Below are positions 30,601 through 41,061 of a stretch of 64,000 nt of DNA, piece by piece. The first letter of the stretch is position 1. Each line of letters starts with the position of its first letter. The notes under the pieces are model-generated. The model saw nothing but the letters and a program-made list of their open reading frames with translations, searched no databases and was not told where the DNA came from. The stretch lies in the sequence record OZ346189.1; one strand, 5' to 3'. Both the position numbers and the translations under genes were made by a program. This DNA is from a phage.

Positions 30601-30938
30601 GTTTGTGGAGAAATATCGTTAACTACGTGTGTGGCAATCCGACTCCTGAAGAGAAGGATGTTGTGATTCACGATTTTACTAAAAGATCTCGTGAAAAAGA
30701 TTTACTGCTAACAAAGGTGACCGATAAAGATCCTGCAGTAGGGGACTGGGCAGGTTTTGCGTTTACATCGGACAAATACACCTTTAACAAAGGTGACTAC
30801 CTTGTTGTGGATTTTAACGAAGACATTGAGGGTGCTGAACCTTACTATCAAACCCTTATTGTTGCAGGGTGTGTTAATCTCTCTGCAGGTATGCACAGTT
30901 TGATTCTTTTTGAGCTTGACTCTGAAGACCTTGAGTAG
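30597..30938 (+). CDS. hypothetical protein
   Basis: 113-aa ORF overlapping the helicase stop. Confidence 0.4.
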   Translation: MSLWRNIVNYVCGNPTPEEKDVVIHDFTKRSREKDLLLTKVTDKDPAVGDWAGFAFTSDKYTFNKGDYLVVDFNEDIEGAEPYYQTLIVAGCVNLSAGMHSLILFELDSEDLE

Positions 30939-30999
30939 TAAGATGTGAGTATAAAGGGGAGGCACTCCTCCCCACAAAAACTAAGGAGAGCACCAAACG

Positions 31000-32325
31000 A
31001 TGAGTAAAACCAAATTAGAACTAACCTGGATAGGTAAAAACGAGCGCAAAAAGTTAGAGCCGCACATTTTGTTAGAAGATTCTAGCAAGTCTTACCACAG
31101 CCAGAAAGTGACCGAAAACGATATTTTTGATAATAAACTGATTTTTGGAGATAACTTATTAGCATTGAAGGCGCTAGAGCAAGAGTATGCAGGCAAAGTG
31201 AAGTGTGTTTACATAGACCCACCATTCAATACTGGAAGGGCTTTTGAGCACTACGATGATAGCCTTGAGCATTCCATTTGGCTGGGCTTAATGAGGGATA
31301 GGTTAGAAATAATTCGTAATCTTCTAAGTGATGATGGGGTAATATTCGTTCACTTAGATGATTGCGAAATGGCGTATTTAAAAGTTTTGATGGACGAGAT
31401 TTTTGGTCGTGCAAATCAGTTAAATACCATATCGATGACCACAAATTCCCCTTCGGGATTTAAGGCAACAGGAGCCACAGTTTTCTCCACAGCAAACTTT
31501 TTGCTTGTATATGCAAAAGATCGCACCCAGAAACCGCTTAACAAAATCTATATACCTAAAGGGTATGATACAGGATATAACAAATACCTATTAAACCCGG
31601 ATGACCATTATAAAAATTGGACGTGGTGCGGTATTGCCGATGCGTTTGCAAAGGCCAATGGCTATAAAGATGCAAAAGAGGCCAAGAAAAAACTGCCTGA
31701 TACATTCGATGATGAATTAGCACAATTCGCAATTGATAATGCAGAACGTGTATTTCAATCTGTTGCAATCGGCGGTGGTGCTAAAATAAAGAGAAAAGAA
31801 ACTATCGAGAAGTCAAAGAAAGATAGGGATAAGGTTTATGTACATCCAAATGAAGATGTTGAAGGATTTTATATCGTAAATGGTAGGCAAATGGTCTTTT
31901 ACTCCAACAGGCTTTTGGAAATTGACGGTGATATGCAACCTGCGGAACTAATAACTGATGTTTGGACAGACATTAGTTGGAATGGAATAGCAAATGAAGG
32001 CGGCGTTAGTTTCAAAAATGGGAAAAAACCAGAAGCGCTTTTGAAGCGAATTTTCGAAATGTGTACGCGAGAAGGCGATTTGGTATTGGATTCATTCGGT
32101 GGTTCGGGAACTACTGCTGCTGTAGCTCACAAGATGAAAAGACGTTGGATCTCAATCGAGCTAGGTGATCATTGTCATACCCATATTATTCCGCGCTTGG
32201 AAAAAGTGATCGATGGTGAAGATCAAGGTGGTATTTCTAAGTCTGTAAACTGGGAAGGTGGTGGTGGCTTCCGCTATTACAAACTTACCCCGACCTTAAT
32301 TGCGAAAGATAAGTCTGACCAATAA
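31000..32325 (+). CDS. DNA amino-methyltransferase (N6-adenine or N4-cytosine), beta-class
   Basis: catalytic motif IV VYIDPPFNTG precedes AdoMet motif I LDSFGGSGTT (order IV then I). Confidence 0.75.
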   Translation: MSKTKLELTWIGKNERKKLEPHILLEDSSKSYHSQKVTENDIFDNKLIFGDNLLALKALEQEYAGKVKCVYIDPPFNTGRAFEHYDDSLEHSIWLGLMRDRLEIIRNLLSDDGVIFVHLDDCEMAYLKVLMDEIFGRANQLNTISMTTNSPSGFKATGATVFSTANFLLVYAKDRTQKPLNKIYIPKGYDTGYNKYLLNPDDHYKNWTWCGIADAFAKANGYKDAKEAKKKLPDTFDDELAQFAIDNAERVFQSVAIGGGAKIKRKETIEKSKKDRDKVYVHPNEDVEGFYIVNGRQMVFYSNRLLEIDGDMQPAELITDVWTDISWNGIANEGGVSFKNGKKPEALLKRIFEMCTREGDLVLDSFGGSGTTAAVAHKMKRRWISIELGDHCHTHIIPRLEKVIDGEDQGGISKSVNWEGGGGFRYYKLTPTLIAKDKSDQ

Positions 32326-32339
32326 AGAGTACAATCAAA

Positions 32340-32644
32340 TGATGAAACGTTATAAACCATACACTTTTGAAATCGATTTCGAACTTGACGATATGTTCAC
32401 TGTGGAAGCTCAGGCAGTTGTCCAGTTGCCAGACCCAGAGTGCCGTGATTCTGATGTTGACTATTACGGATTTAGACAAATTACCGATGTGCATGTTTAC
32501 CACAACGGTGAAGAGGTGGACTTCCACCAACTGCCAAACGATTTGCGACACTCAATTTACAAACGTGCAGCCCGTGAACTAGAGTCCTATCTGGATGCAG
32601 CGACGACAGCAGCTGCATTTGCTGAAGAAGTGGGAGGTTTCTGA
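32340..32644 (+). CDS. hypothetical protein
   Basis: track ORF 32300..32644 overlaps the MTase; internal ATG at 32340 preferred. Confidence 0.4.
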
Positions 32645-33039
32645 TGATTACAGGTGTGAAGGTTATCCAATACCACTTAACCAAATTGGAAGATGCTGAA
32701 AAAGAGCTTGCAGAAGTTCTGAATAGTGGATATACTTTGCTATCATGCGCCTGCTCAGACACCTACGCTGTGTGGACACTTATCCGGAAGGAGGAGCCTG
32801 CAGGGATCTTGGTGCCAAACCCTAAGATTATCAGTGAAGTGGATGACTGCTCTCAGGACGGCCTGTCAGAAGGCTGGGAAGTATGGGAAGGTGGTGAAAA
32901 CCCTGCACCAGGTAAGTGGGTAAAATACAAACTACGTAGCGGTGCACAGCACGCTGGATACTCTGATAACCTGGACTGGAGTCATTCTTCACCGGAATCA
33001 TTGGTAAGTGCATATGATATCGTTGCTTTTCAGGAATAA
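32644..33039 (+). CDS. hypothetical protein
   Basis: 131-aa ORF. Confidence 0.45.
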   Translation: MITGVKVIQYHLTKLEDAEKELAEVLNSGYTLLSCACSDTYAVWTLIRKEEPAGILVPNPKIISEVDDCSQDGLSEGWEVWEGGENPAPGKWVKYKLRSGAQHAGYSDNLDWSHSSPESLVSAYDIVAFQE

Positions 33040-33051
33040 GGAGAGAGTGTT

Positions 33052-33534
33052 ATGTCAGATTTTATGTGGAAAGTAGGTTATGCCTCTCCTGAAATGTGCG
33101 AGGCTTGCTTTGTAAAAATAGGCCGCGAGGATATTGACAAAGTGATCTTTAAGTTTCGTGATGTATCTGTGATCGGCAACCGAGTGCTTAAGCACTTAAA
33201 GAATCTGAAGCTCACCAAAAAGAAGTTCTTCGGACTTTTCGAAGAGAAAGTTGATGCTTGGACCCATTGCATTCAGGAAGCTAAATCTCACTACAGTGCT
33301 ATCGTTACCCCAGAACGGGTAGCCAAGATGGAAGGATTCATCAACAGCACAGAGTTTGAGTGCCTAAAGGCTGCCCTTAATAGTTATCCAAAGTGCCTCA
33401 AACACCTTGACAAGTATGTAGAAAAGGATGGGGAAATGTACCTAACCCTGGACGCATATTATGAGATGCAAGAAATTTTAAATTTAGATTTGACATTGGT
33501 ATCCACCGAGTATACAATAGGTATCCGGGTTTAA
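33052..33534 (+). CDS. hypothetical protein
   Basis: 160-aa ORF, RBS aaggagagagtgtt. Confidence 0.45.
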   Translation: MSDFMWKVGYASPEMCEACFVKIGREDIDKVIFKFRDVSVIGNRVLKHLKNLKLTKKKFFGLFEEKVDAWTHCIQEAKSHYSAIVTPERVAKMEGFINSTEFECLKAALNSYPKCLKHLDKYVEKDGEMYLTLDAYYEMQEILNLDLTLVSTEYTIGIRV

Positions 33535-33540
33535 CACTAG

Positions 33541-33567
33541 GCCCTGCCCGAAAGGGTGGGGCTTTTT
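33541..33567 (+). terminator. rho-independent terminator (copy 1 of a repeated hairpin)
   Basis: gccctgcccgaaagggtggggc followed by ttttt; identical hairpin at 44924..44945. Confidence 0.55.
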
Positions 33568-33585
33568 GCATTAGGAGACAGCAAA

Positions 33586-34350
33586 TTGAAATTCATCTAC
33601 AAAGAACACTACCACAAAGGTGTTGTGTGGAGTCTATTTGACGGGTCTGGTGGTGCAGTTATTGACTGGGCAAAAGCTGGGTACCTGTGCCTGTGCTTTA
33701 ATGCAGAAGGTGCTGACCACGGCAGTTATGCAGAGGTGATAACCGATCATCCTAACATTCACTATGTGGATTATTGGATTGACCCATGGTTCCCTCAGGA
33801 AACTTTTTGCATGTATCCAGCTCCAGACTTTATTCTTGCATTTCCTCCGTGCACGCATTTAGCGGTATCAGGTGCTGCACATTTTAAGAAAAAGCTGGCT
33901 AAGGATCCTTTGATCCAAATTAATGCTGTAAAGGATGCTCGGGTTGCGGAAGAGTTGGGAGAGATTTACGATTGCCCGTGGCATGTAGAGAATCCTGTAG
34001 GGGTTATGTCCACACTGTGGCGAAAACCTGATTACCGTTTTCATCCTTCGGATTATGGTGGGTATTTACCGGAGGATGATGTAAACCCCTGGTTTCCTGA
34101 ATTTATAGCTCCACGTGATGCCTACCCAAAAATAACTTGCGGCTGGATAGGCAATGGATTTATAATCCCGGCCACAAAACCTGTCCCGCAAATAGTTGAC
34201 GCGGTTAGCGGGTATTCCATGCAACACGCCAAGCTGGGTGGAAAGAGTGCAAGAACGAAGATGATCCGAAGCCTCACGCCACGTGGCTGGGCAAAAGCCG
34301 TATTCTTAGCAAACGAGCCTGTAGTAAGGAGCAGAATTAATGGGAAGTAA
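33586..34350 (+). CDS. small DNA (cytosine-5)-methyltransferase-like protein, atypical catalytic motif
   Basis: motif I LFDGSGG, motif IV PPCT (Cys kept, Gln replaced by Thr), motif VI VENPVG; track start GTG 33556 lies in the terminator hairpin, TTG 33586 behind RBS aggaga preferred. Confidence 0.55.
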   Translation: MKFIYKEHYHKGVVWSLFDGSGGAVIDWAKAGYLCLCFNAEGADHGSYAEVITDHPNIHYVDYWIDPWFPQETFCMYPAPDFILAFPPCTHLAVSGAAHFKKKLAKDPLIQINAVKDARVAEELGEIYDCPWHVENPVGVMSTLWRKPDYRFHPSDYGGYLPEDDVNPWFPEFIAPRDAYPKITCGWIGNGFIIPATKPVPQIVDAVSGYSMQHAKLGGKSARTKMIRSLTPRGWAKAVFLANEPVVRSRINGK

Positions 34351-36418
34351 ATTTATGGCATCTGCATACAACCGTTTCGGTGAGCCAAACCCGAAAGCAA
34401 TTAAGTATAAAAGTGGGGGAAGTGTGAAACGAGACTATCGTGATGAAAAAGAGGTTGAAACTGTAGAGACTGTTTTAGAAAATACTAAAATCGTCCCTGT
34501 CCCACAACAAAATATCGGTCTGATGGCTGCACAATATTTTGGTGTGCGATCAGCATTGTCCCAAGAAGACGGTGTGACAGTCACTGCAACATATTTCCCA
34601 TATTACGACCGATACGGAAATCTGTCCGGTTTCAAAAAGCGTGACTGGACTATTCCTAAAGAACAAAGGGGCCACTTCTCCGTTGTTGGCATAGTAAAGG
34701 CCAACTCCCAGATGTTTGGTCAAAAGCTGTGTGCATCTTCCAACAACCGTAAGCAGATTAACGTTTGTGAGGGAGAAGGTGATGTTATTGCAGCATGGCA
34801 GGCTGCATATCAGATACAAGTAAAAGGGATTCTCACCAACGCTAAAGCCCCGGCAAAGGTGAAGCAGTGGGCTAAAGAGGTCCAGGACGGGATCGACGCA
34901 GTTATCAACGGTGGTGATCTGGCAGGAAAACCCTGCCTGCCTTTTGTTGGAATTAACTGTGGATGTGCAAACGCAGTAGATACTTTTGCAAACAATGAGA
35001 AGTTTATCCGTAGCTATGGAACAGTTGTGCTGGCAATGGATAACGATGCAGCTAACGAGGTAGAGAAGCAAAAACACGTCATTAAAGGTGTTGAGGCCAC
35101 GCACAATATCGCAGCATTTTTGATGGCTGATAACGTTTACCACGTAGAATACCCTGGTGAAGTAAATGACCCTGACGGGGTAAAAGATATCCGTGACATG
35201 CTGAAGGCTAAAAAGCTGGAAGATATTGTCAACATGTTCCGGCACCCTGTTAAATATGTGCCTGATGCTGTGTCGGATTTAGAAGACTTCTCTATCGAGT
35301 CTTTGCGGAAAAAGACTTCCAACGGGGTAGATATCAGCGCAGAGTTCCCAAAACTGCAAAAAATGCTAAAAGGCTTGCACAAAGGGACACTCGTAATGCT
35401 TACAGGGCCATCAGGGGGCGGTAAAACAACTGTAGCTAAAAAACTGGAACATTGTATTGCAAGATACCTAATGGACCCGACATGCCCGAAGGCTGATGAC
35501 TATGAAGAGGATGATCGTCTATGTATGATCCATCTTGAGGAGGACCCAGAGGAAGCAATTAACTCCTTGTATGCAAACCAGTTAGGGTTTGATGTTAAAG
35601 AGTTTGTTGAAGATCCTAGCCAGTTTTTAACTGATCAAGAACACGCAGAGATTCACCAATCATGGGCAAAAGCTGGAAAAATCAAAGTGTTCAAACATTT
35701 CGGATCTATTCCGGTGGACGAGTTGATTACCAAGCTTAAGCAAATGGTTTGCCTGTACCATTGCCGTTATATTGTGCTGGATCACCTATCCATGGTAATT
35801 TCAGGGCTTAATGTTAAGGATGAGCGAAAAGAACTGGACATGGCTATGACTCAGCTGGCTGCGTTTTGTAAGCAGTTTAACGTGTTTATCTTGGTGATCG
35901 CTCACCTCAAACGTACAGAGATTGTGCCTCCTAAGGACAAGGATGGTAACCCGTTACCTTTCTGGTATCCTGTGCGAAAAGAGAATTTGCGAGGATCGGC
36001 GGGGCTTGAACAGTTGAGTTGGGTAGTCATAGGTGTCGAGGCCGAAGAAATGGTGGATCGTTCTCGTGGACGTGTCCGTCTGGTAGGTCTTAAAAACCGT
36101 CCAGCAAAAACTCTAGGTATTGCTGACACTTTGGTTATGGACCCGCACACAGGTAAGTTCCATGATGCCAGTAATTGGTACTGGGACAAAGAAATGCAAA
36201 TGTTTACAGACGGAGAAGGTGGGGAGGTTGTTTGGAGACCTCAGGCTATGTTTGAGGATCAGGAGCATGCAGTTGTAGAAACACCTATGGGCAAGGTTGT
36301 GGCTGATAAGGTTGTAACTCCTACTGTTAAGCCTGTTGACACGCAGGAAGACCTCCAGTACGATGATCCATCCTCTGACCCGGTCCCTGGTTTTGAGGAT
36401 GATGAAACGCCTTTTTAA
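34340..36418 (+). CDS. bifunctional DNA primase-helicase (T7 gp4-like)
   Basis: N-terminal Toprim-like EGEGDVIAAW and LAMDNDAANE; C-terminal helicase Walker A GPSGGGKTT and IVLDHLSMV. Confidence 0.8.
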   Translation: MGSKFMASAYNRFGEPNPKAIKYKSGGSVKRDYRDEKEVETVETVLENTKIVPVPQQNIGLMAAQYFGVRSALSQEDGVTVTATYFPYYDRYGNLSGFKKRDWTIPKEQRGHFSVVGIVKANSQMFGQKLCASSNNRKQINVCEGEGDVIAAWQAAYQIQVKGILTNAKAPAKVKQWAKEVQDGIDAVINGGDLAGKPCLPFVGINCGCANAVDTFANNEKFIRSYGTVVLAMDNDAANEVEKQKHVIKGVEATHNIAAFLMADNVYHVEYPGEVNDPDGVKDIRDMLKAKKLEDIVNMFRHPVKYVPDAVSDLEDFSIESLRKKTSNGVDISAEFPKLQKMLKGLHKGTLVMLTGPSGGGKTTVAKKLEHCIARYLMDPTCPKADDYEEDDRLCMIHLEEDPEEAINSLYANQLGFDVKEFVEDPSQFLTDQEHAEIHQSWAKAGKIKVFKHFGSIPVDELITKLKQMVCLYHCRYIVLDHLSMVISGLNVKDERKELDMAMTQLAAFCKQFNVFILVIAHLKRTEIVPPKDKDGNPLPFWYPVRKENLRGSAGLEQLSWVVIGVEAEEMVDRSRGRVRLVGLKNRPAKTLGIADTLVMDPHTGKFHDASNWYWDKEMQMFTDGEGGEVVWRPQAMFEDQEHAVVETPMGKVVADKVVTPTVKPVDTQEDLQYDDPSSDPVPGFEDDETPF

Positions 36419-36480
36419 TGTTTAACAAAGAGTGGGAGGGGTAGTACAACCGCCTCCCCTTTAAGGAGAACGTTTATACT

Positions 36481-39400
36481 ATGAGTATGTGGAATTTTGA
36501 CTTTGAGGCCTCAGGTCTTCTGGACGAGGAAGATCTTTACTACCATTGTGGCCTGTTTAAAGAGTTGAATAAAAATAATTTTATGTTGTTTTTGCCTATC
36601 AATGATAGATCTCATTACAGTGAAGAGGAGGTTGAAAAAGCAAAACAATTTATGCTGGCAAAGCAAGATATCTATCCTAGCTGCTCTGTCCGTATTGCGG
36701 ATTTCAGCCAGCTTGAATGGTGGTTAACCGGGAACTCCGATTGGTCACCCACATCATTAAGTTGTCACAACTGTTTTAGTTATGACTTTATCTTGATGGA
36801 GAAGCTGTCTGGTATTCATTTTGATATGTTCCGTGATCCCAAGTGTATGGGGACAATCAATAATCATCAGGTGAACCTGTTCGACACTCTGCCAATGAGT
36901 CGTATACTATGGCCCGACAGACCGTTACCTAAAGGATGCCCTGATTCTGTATACAATCCTGTTACAAAACGTATGCAGCAGGTAGGTCCTCATGGCCTAA
37001 TGGCGTGGGGGTACGCTTTAGGAAACCAGAAGGTTAAAATTGATGACTGGAGAAATTTACCTCTGTGGAAGTATGTTGATCGTGTATTCGAGGACGTTAT
37101 CATCCAGGAGCTGCTCTGGAAAGAGCTGGTAGCGGAATCAAAAGGTGTATTCTACGGCAAATCTGACATGCAGAACTTTATGTACGATCCAGCCAAAGAG
37201 AAGCCGAAAGGGTTCAAGAAGATTACCTGGAAGAATGCATTACGCCGAGGCATGCTGCAGCACTTCCTGATGGAGCTGCAGGCCCGTCAGGGTGTATACT
37301 TCGACATAGATGGAGCTATTGCTTTACGTGACCGTTGCGATGCGTGGATGAAAGAAATCGCTGATCGTGTTGAACCACAACTACCTTTAAAAGAGCTGTC
37401 AATGTCTCAGCGGCCCAAGTTCCCTGAAAAGCCGTTTAACCAAGACGGGACAATCTCTAATAATGGTTGGAAATGGTTAAAAGATAAGCTTGGCTATCCT
37501 GTAGACATGAGTGCTTTAGAGTTCAAAGCCCCGCCTAAGCGAGCATTTACCTCTACAGGAGATGTCAGCAAGATGGGGATAAAATGGTGTGAAGAGATGG
37601 GCTGCAAAGACCCCGATAAGATGGCTGATTTCTTGAGAGGCTATATTAAGGGCACCTCCACACCACAACCCTTACCTAAAGAGCTGATGGATCAGGCAAT
37701 AAGTGATCTGCAGCAGAAGCGAATGCCTGACTGCAAGATACCTATGAAAATCAGCAATCAGGACGACATCAAGCGATACCTAATCAGTGCTGGTTGGCTC
37801 CCAACAATGTGGAGAACTAAAGATGTAACTAAAGACAGCAAGAAGAAAGCTTTACCTGATGCAGATGTTGATGCACGAGTATATGCATATATGGACGAGC
37901 TTTTGGAGTCAGAGTATTGTGACCTAATTATCAACTTCTGGAACAAAACTGATGCTAAGTTCCAGACAACCGTGCACAAGTTCCGAAGCTTTCCTAACTC
38001 CGAAAGGATTAAAAAGGAAGTATTCGGGAAAATACGTAGAAAAGCCAGGGCACTTATTACTTCTCCGCAACTGAAAGATACGTTTGGACACCTATGCCCA
38101 AATCTTGAAAAATTGAACGGAGAGATGGCTAAAGATATCGTCTTGTGGTTATCATTGCGAAACCGCAGATCGGTCCTTGATCCAATCAAGGAGGATAAGG
38201 TTGATACTGGTCTTCTTAATCACCCACGTTTGAAGATTGACCATAAGCTTCCTGCTAAAAGCTCTGGATTAACAAACACTTCCAGACAGAAACACAGTAT
38301 TTGTGCAAACATGCCTAAACCATCTCCTAAAGTGGTTATGGGTAAAGAGATGCGTAGTCTGTGGGGTGTTCCTCCGGGATACTTTGAGATCGGTATTGAC
38401 GGGTCCAACTTAGAGCAGCTTATCGGGGCTTGGGGTGCCTTTGAGTTCGACAACGGCCTGTATTATGATGTTGTAAGTAATGGCGATGCACACTGTTATT
38501 CAGGAGATACACAAATTCTCACGGAGAAAGGGTGGGTGAGGTTTGAAGATCTTGATCCGGGAACACAAGTGTTCCAGTACGATCACAACACCTCGTCAAT
38601 GAACCTTGTTACTCCATTAAATTACGTTAAGCGTAGTTATTGTGGGGATATGTATCATTTCCACAACAGTAGTGTGGATTTTATGGTTACAGATCAACAC
38701 AGGATGCTGACTGTGGATCACAGAAGCAATAAATTGTTTGAAGATTTGGCAAAAGACCTGAAAGCAGGTAAAGGGTCTAATTCAGGAAGAAGGTTTATCC
38801 ATGCGGCAGAGTTTTATGGGAATACAACCTTATCTCCTGCCCAGGTTAATTTGCTTATTGCTATTCACGATGATGGGCACTTGCATACAAATAAGGACGG
38901 CAGCATCGTGTGCAGGATTCAGGTCGGAAAGGGAAGAAAAGTTGCAACGCTTTTAGATACTTTTTCTGCTCTAAGCCTTAGTTATGTAGAGCAGAGCGGG
39001 AAAACCACAAAAGGGGGCTTACTGGCGAGAAGGTTCCAATTCCACGTTCCGTCCTGGGTATTTGAGTTTTTGGACAACAATAAGGATTTCACCTATAACC
39101 TGATGAACCTTGATAAAGAATCTAAAAACCTGTTTATAGCTTCTTTATCTAACTGGGACGGGTGGGTATCTTCCGAAGGTGGAAAGGTTGCTTACTACTC
39201 CCAGGCCGAGTGCAGGAAGAAATCTGTAGAGGTGGTGTCTGCGCTGGCTACTCAGTGTGGTTTACGGAATAATACGGTGGCGATTCACAAAAAAGGTCGT
39301 GCCGTGCAGCACAGAATCACAATTGGTAGCAAACAGAGAGCAGGGTTGCTGACACTATCTAAAGAGTCTGTCGAGGTGAGCGGTTCTTTGGTTTATTGCG

Positions 39401-40503
39401 TTACCGTCCCTTCTGGAGCAATCATTGTGAGAAGGAATGGTAAAGTGGCAGTGTGCGGTAACTGTAATAACGCCAAAGCTTACTCTTCTGTAGCAGGCAA
39501 GGAGATTTCCCGTAACGATGGTAAACCTATCACGTATGGGGTTATGTATGGGGCACAAAAAGATAAAGTTGCAGATATGCTGGACATCTCCCCAGAGTTG
39601 GGACAAAGGGTAATCGATGCACTCTGGGATGCCAACCCAGGTCTTAAGGGGCGCAAAGAGGATCTGGAGAAATTCTGGGAAGCAACAGGTAAGAAGTTTA
39701 TCTACTCTTTTGATGGTCATGCTATCTGGACCCGATCTAAACACTCTTTACTTAATGCATACCAACAAAATGGCGGTGCATCGTTGTGTGACTTAGTTGG
39801 AATACTCATGCACCACCAGATGGTGAAGCGTGGGTGGTACGATGAAGGTGTTCGTCGTATTATTTATTACCATAAATAACATTGTGGCTTCATAGAGTAA
39901 TCTATGTCGAATAACCTCTTTAACTGCGGGAAGCCTAAACCTTATGGCAAGGTAATCCGCAACGAAGCGCTCAAAAGAGCGAACGCTCAGAGGCCATTCC
40001 GAAAGGAAGTAGACCAGCAAGTGCGGTCGAAATGGGAGGATTCCTGTGGTTGCTTATCATAGGAATATGAGATGGTCCGATCCTACGTGAAAACGTATGG
40101 CTATGCACGTAATGGTGCGGGGTAGCTTAACGACCTACCTGAACTATTGGATGAGTACCAACTTCAAGTGCCTGACACACCGAAGTATAAGACTGTGTAC
40201 ACCTTCGACACAATTGAAGAACTGGAAGCATTTAAGGCAGAGCAGGAAGCCAAACTTCATGTGTTCGACGGTCATAAGTACAAAAAGGCACGCAAGGATG
40301 AGGACGGAAACGAAGTGGTTGACAGAGACGGAAACACGGTGTACGATCCTATCCTGAACGATGACGGAAAGCTTGAACTTATCTGGAGCCCTGTGGGTGA
40401 AATGGTGGTACATTGCTTCTGGCAAGCTTCTAAAATGATGGGAGTCCCGTTCCAGATCACAGGTGAATACTTGTGTGGTCGTAATTGGGGTAATTGTCAC
40501 TAA
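36481..40503 (+). CDS. DNA polymerase, family A (T7-like), interrupted by an intein and a putative group I intron; exons 36481..39873 and 40150..40503
   Basis: Exo motif FDFEASGL; motif A region GIDGSNLEQL...NGDAH; post-intein AKAYSSVAG...ITYGVMYGA; exon 1 ends ...IIYYH; exon 2 starts DEYQLQV and ends RNWGNCH, like the T7 PNWAICH terminus. Confidence 0.75.
38494..39462 (+). mobile_element. intein (323 aa) with LAGLIDADG-type homing endonuclease domain, in the polymerase motif A region
   Basis: in-frame insertion between NGDAH and CNNAKAY; starts CYSGDTQIL, ends VAVCGN with +1 Cys; internal LLIAIHDDGHL and FIASLSNWDGW motifs. Confidence 0.65.
39874..40149 (+). ncRNA. putative ORF-less group I intron splitting the polymerase HDE motif C
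   Basis: exon 1 ends in U (39873), element ends in G (40149); intron GUGG (nt 11-14) pairs with exon CCAU (P1, U-G at splice site) and intron CAUU (nt 7-10) pairs with exon-2 GAUG (P10); in-frame stops exclude an intein. Confidence 0.55.
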
Positions 40504-40552
40504 TGTAAACTATCAACACATGGAAGTGTTGTTGAGCAAAGAGGAGACTTTT

Positions 40553-40837
40553 ATGGTAGTAGAACCAACAAAAACATTTACATCCATGACTATCCCTGTT
40601 ATTATGCAGGTGGAGTGTGTTCAGGTATCTCAAGTGTGGCCTGGCACCAAAATCCCAACAGGGCCTGATTTCTTTCAGGTTGGGAAAGTGTACAATGTCT
40701 GGAAGGCACCAGATTGTTACCCTTTCATTAAAGATGACCGTGGGATGCTGTGGTATCTTGGAAATGACTTGACACTGCACCTTGGGAATGCTATTATTGC
40801 AGTATTCAGACTTAACAAGAAGGAGACCGATCAATGA
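40553..40837 (+). CDS. small protein, paralogue family 2
   Basis: track ORF 40463..40837 overlaps pol exon 2; ATG 40553 behind RBS agaggaga preferred; motif FFQVGKVYNV...GMLWYLGND. Confidence 0.45.
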   Translation: MVVEPTKTFTSMTIPVIMQVECVQVSQVWPGTKIPTGPDFFQVGKVYNVWKAPDCYPFIKDDRGMLWYLGNDLTLHLGNAIIAVFRLNKKETDQ

Positions 40838-41061
40838 CGACTTTGGTTAAAGCCACCTTTGTAGAAGAAAAGATGACAGACATGTCATTCTTTAAAGAAG
40901 GAAAGACCTACGAGGTTTATTCCGATAAAGCTCGTGCAAACAAAATGATTAAAGACGAGGAAGGGGTTGACTGGTATATCTCTCACCTGGCAAACGGTGA
41001 GTATCATATCTACGGAACCACTTTGCTTGCCAAGTTTGTAGTTGTTGAAGAGGACCTATGA
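40834..41061 (+). CDS. small protein, paralogue family 2
   Basis: 75 aa; FFKEGKTYEVYSD...GVDWYISHLANG resembles neighbours. Confidence 0.45.
   Translation: MTTLVKATFVEEKMTDMSFFKEGKTYEVYSDKARANKMIKDEEGVDWYISHLANGEYHIYGTTLLAKFVVVEEDL

Noticed and set aside
36481-39879. Polymerase as a C-terminally truncated pseudogene
   Set aside because: The missing catalytic motif and C-terminus are present in-frame 270 nt downstream and splice-site pairings are consistent with a group I intron, so the gene is more likely intact after splicing.
40147-40503. Independent 118-aa gene starting at TTG 40147
   Set aside because: Its first residues DEYQLQV complete the polymerase motif C and its C-terminus is the polymerase terminus; interpreted as exon 2 of the polymerase gene (40150..40503).
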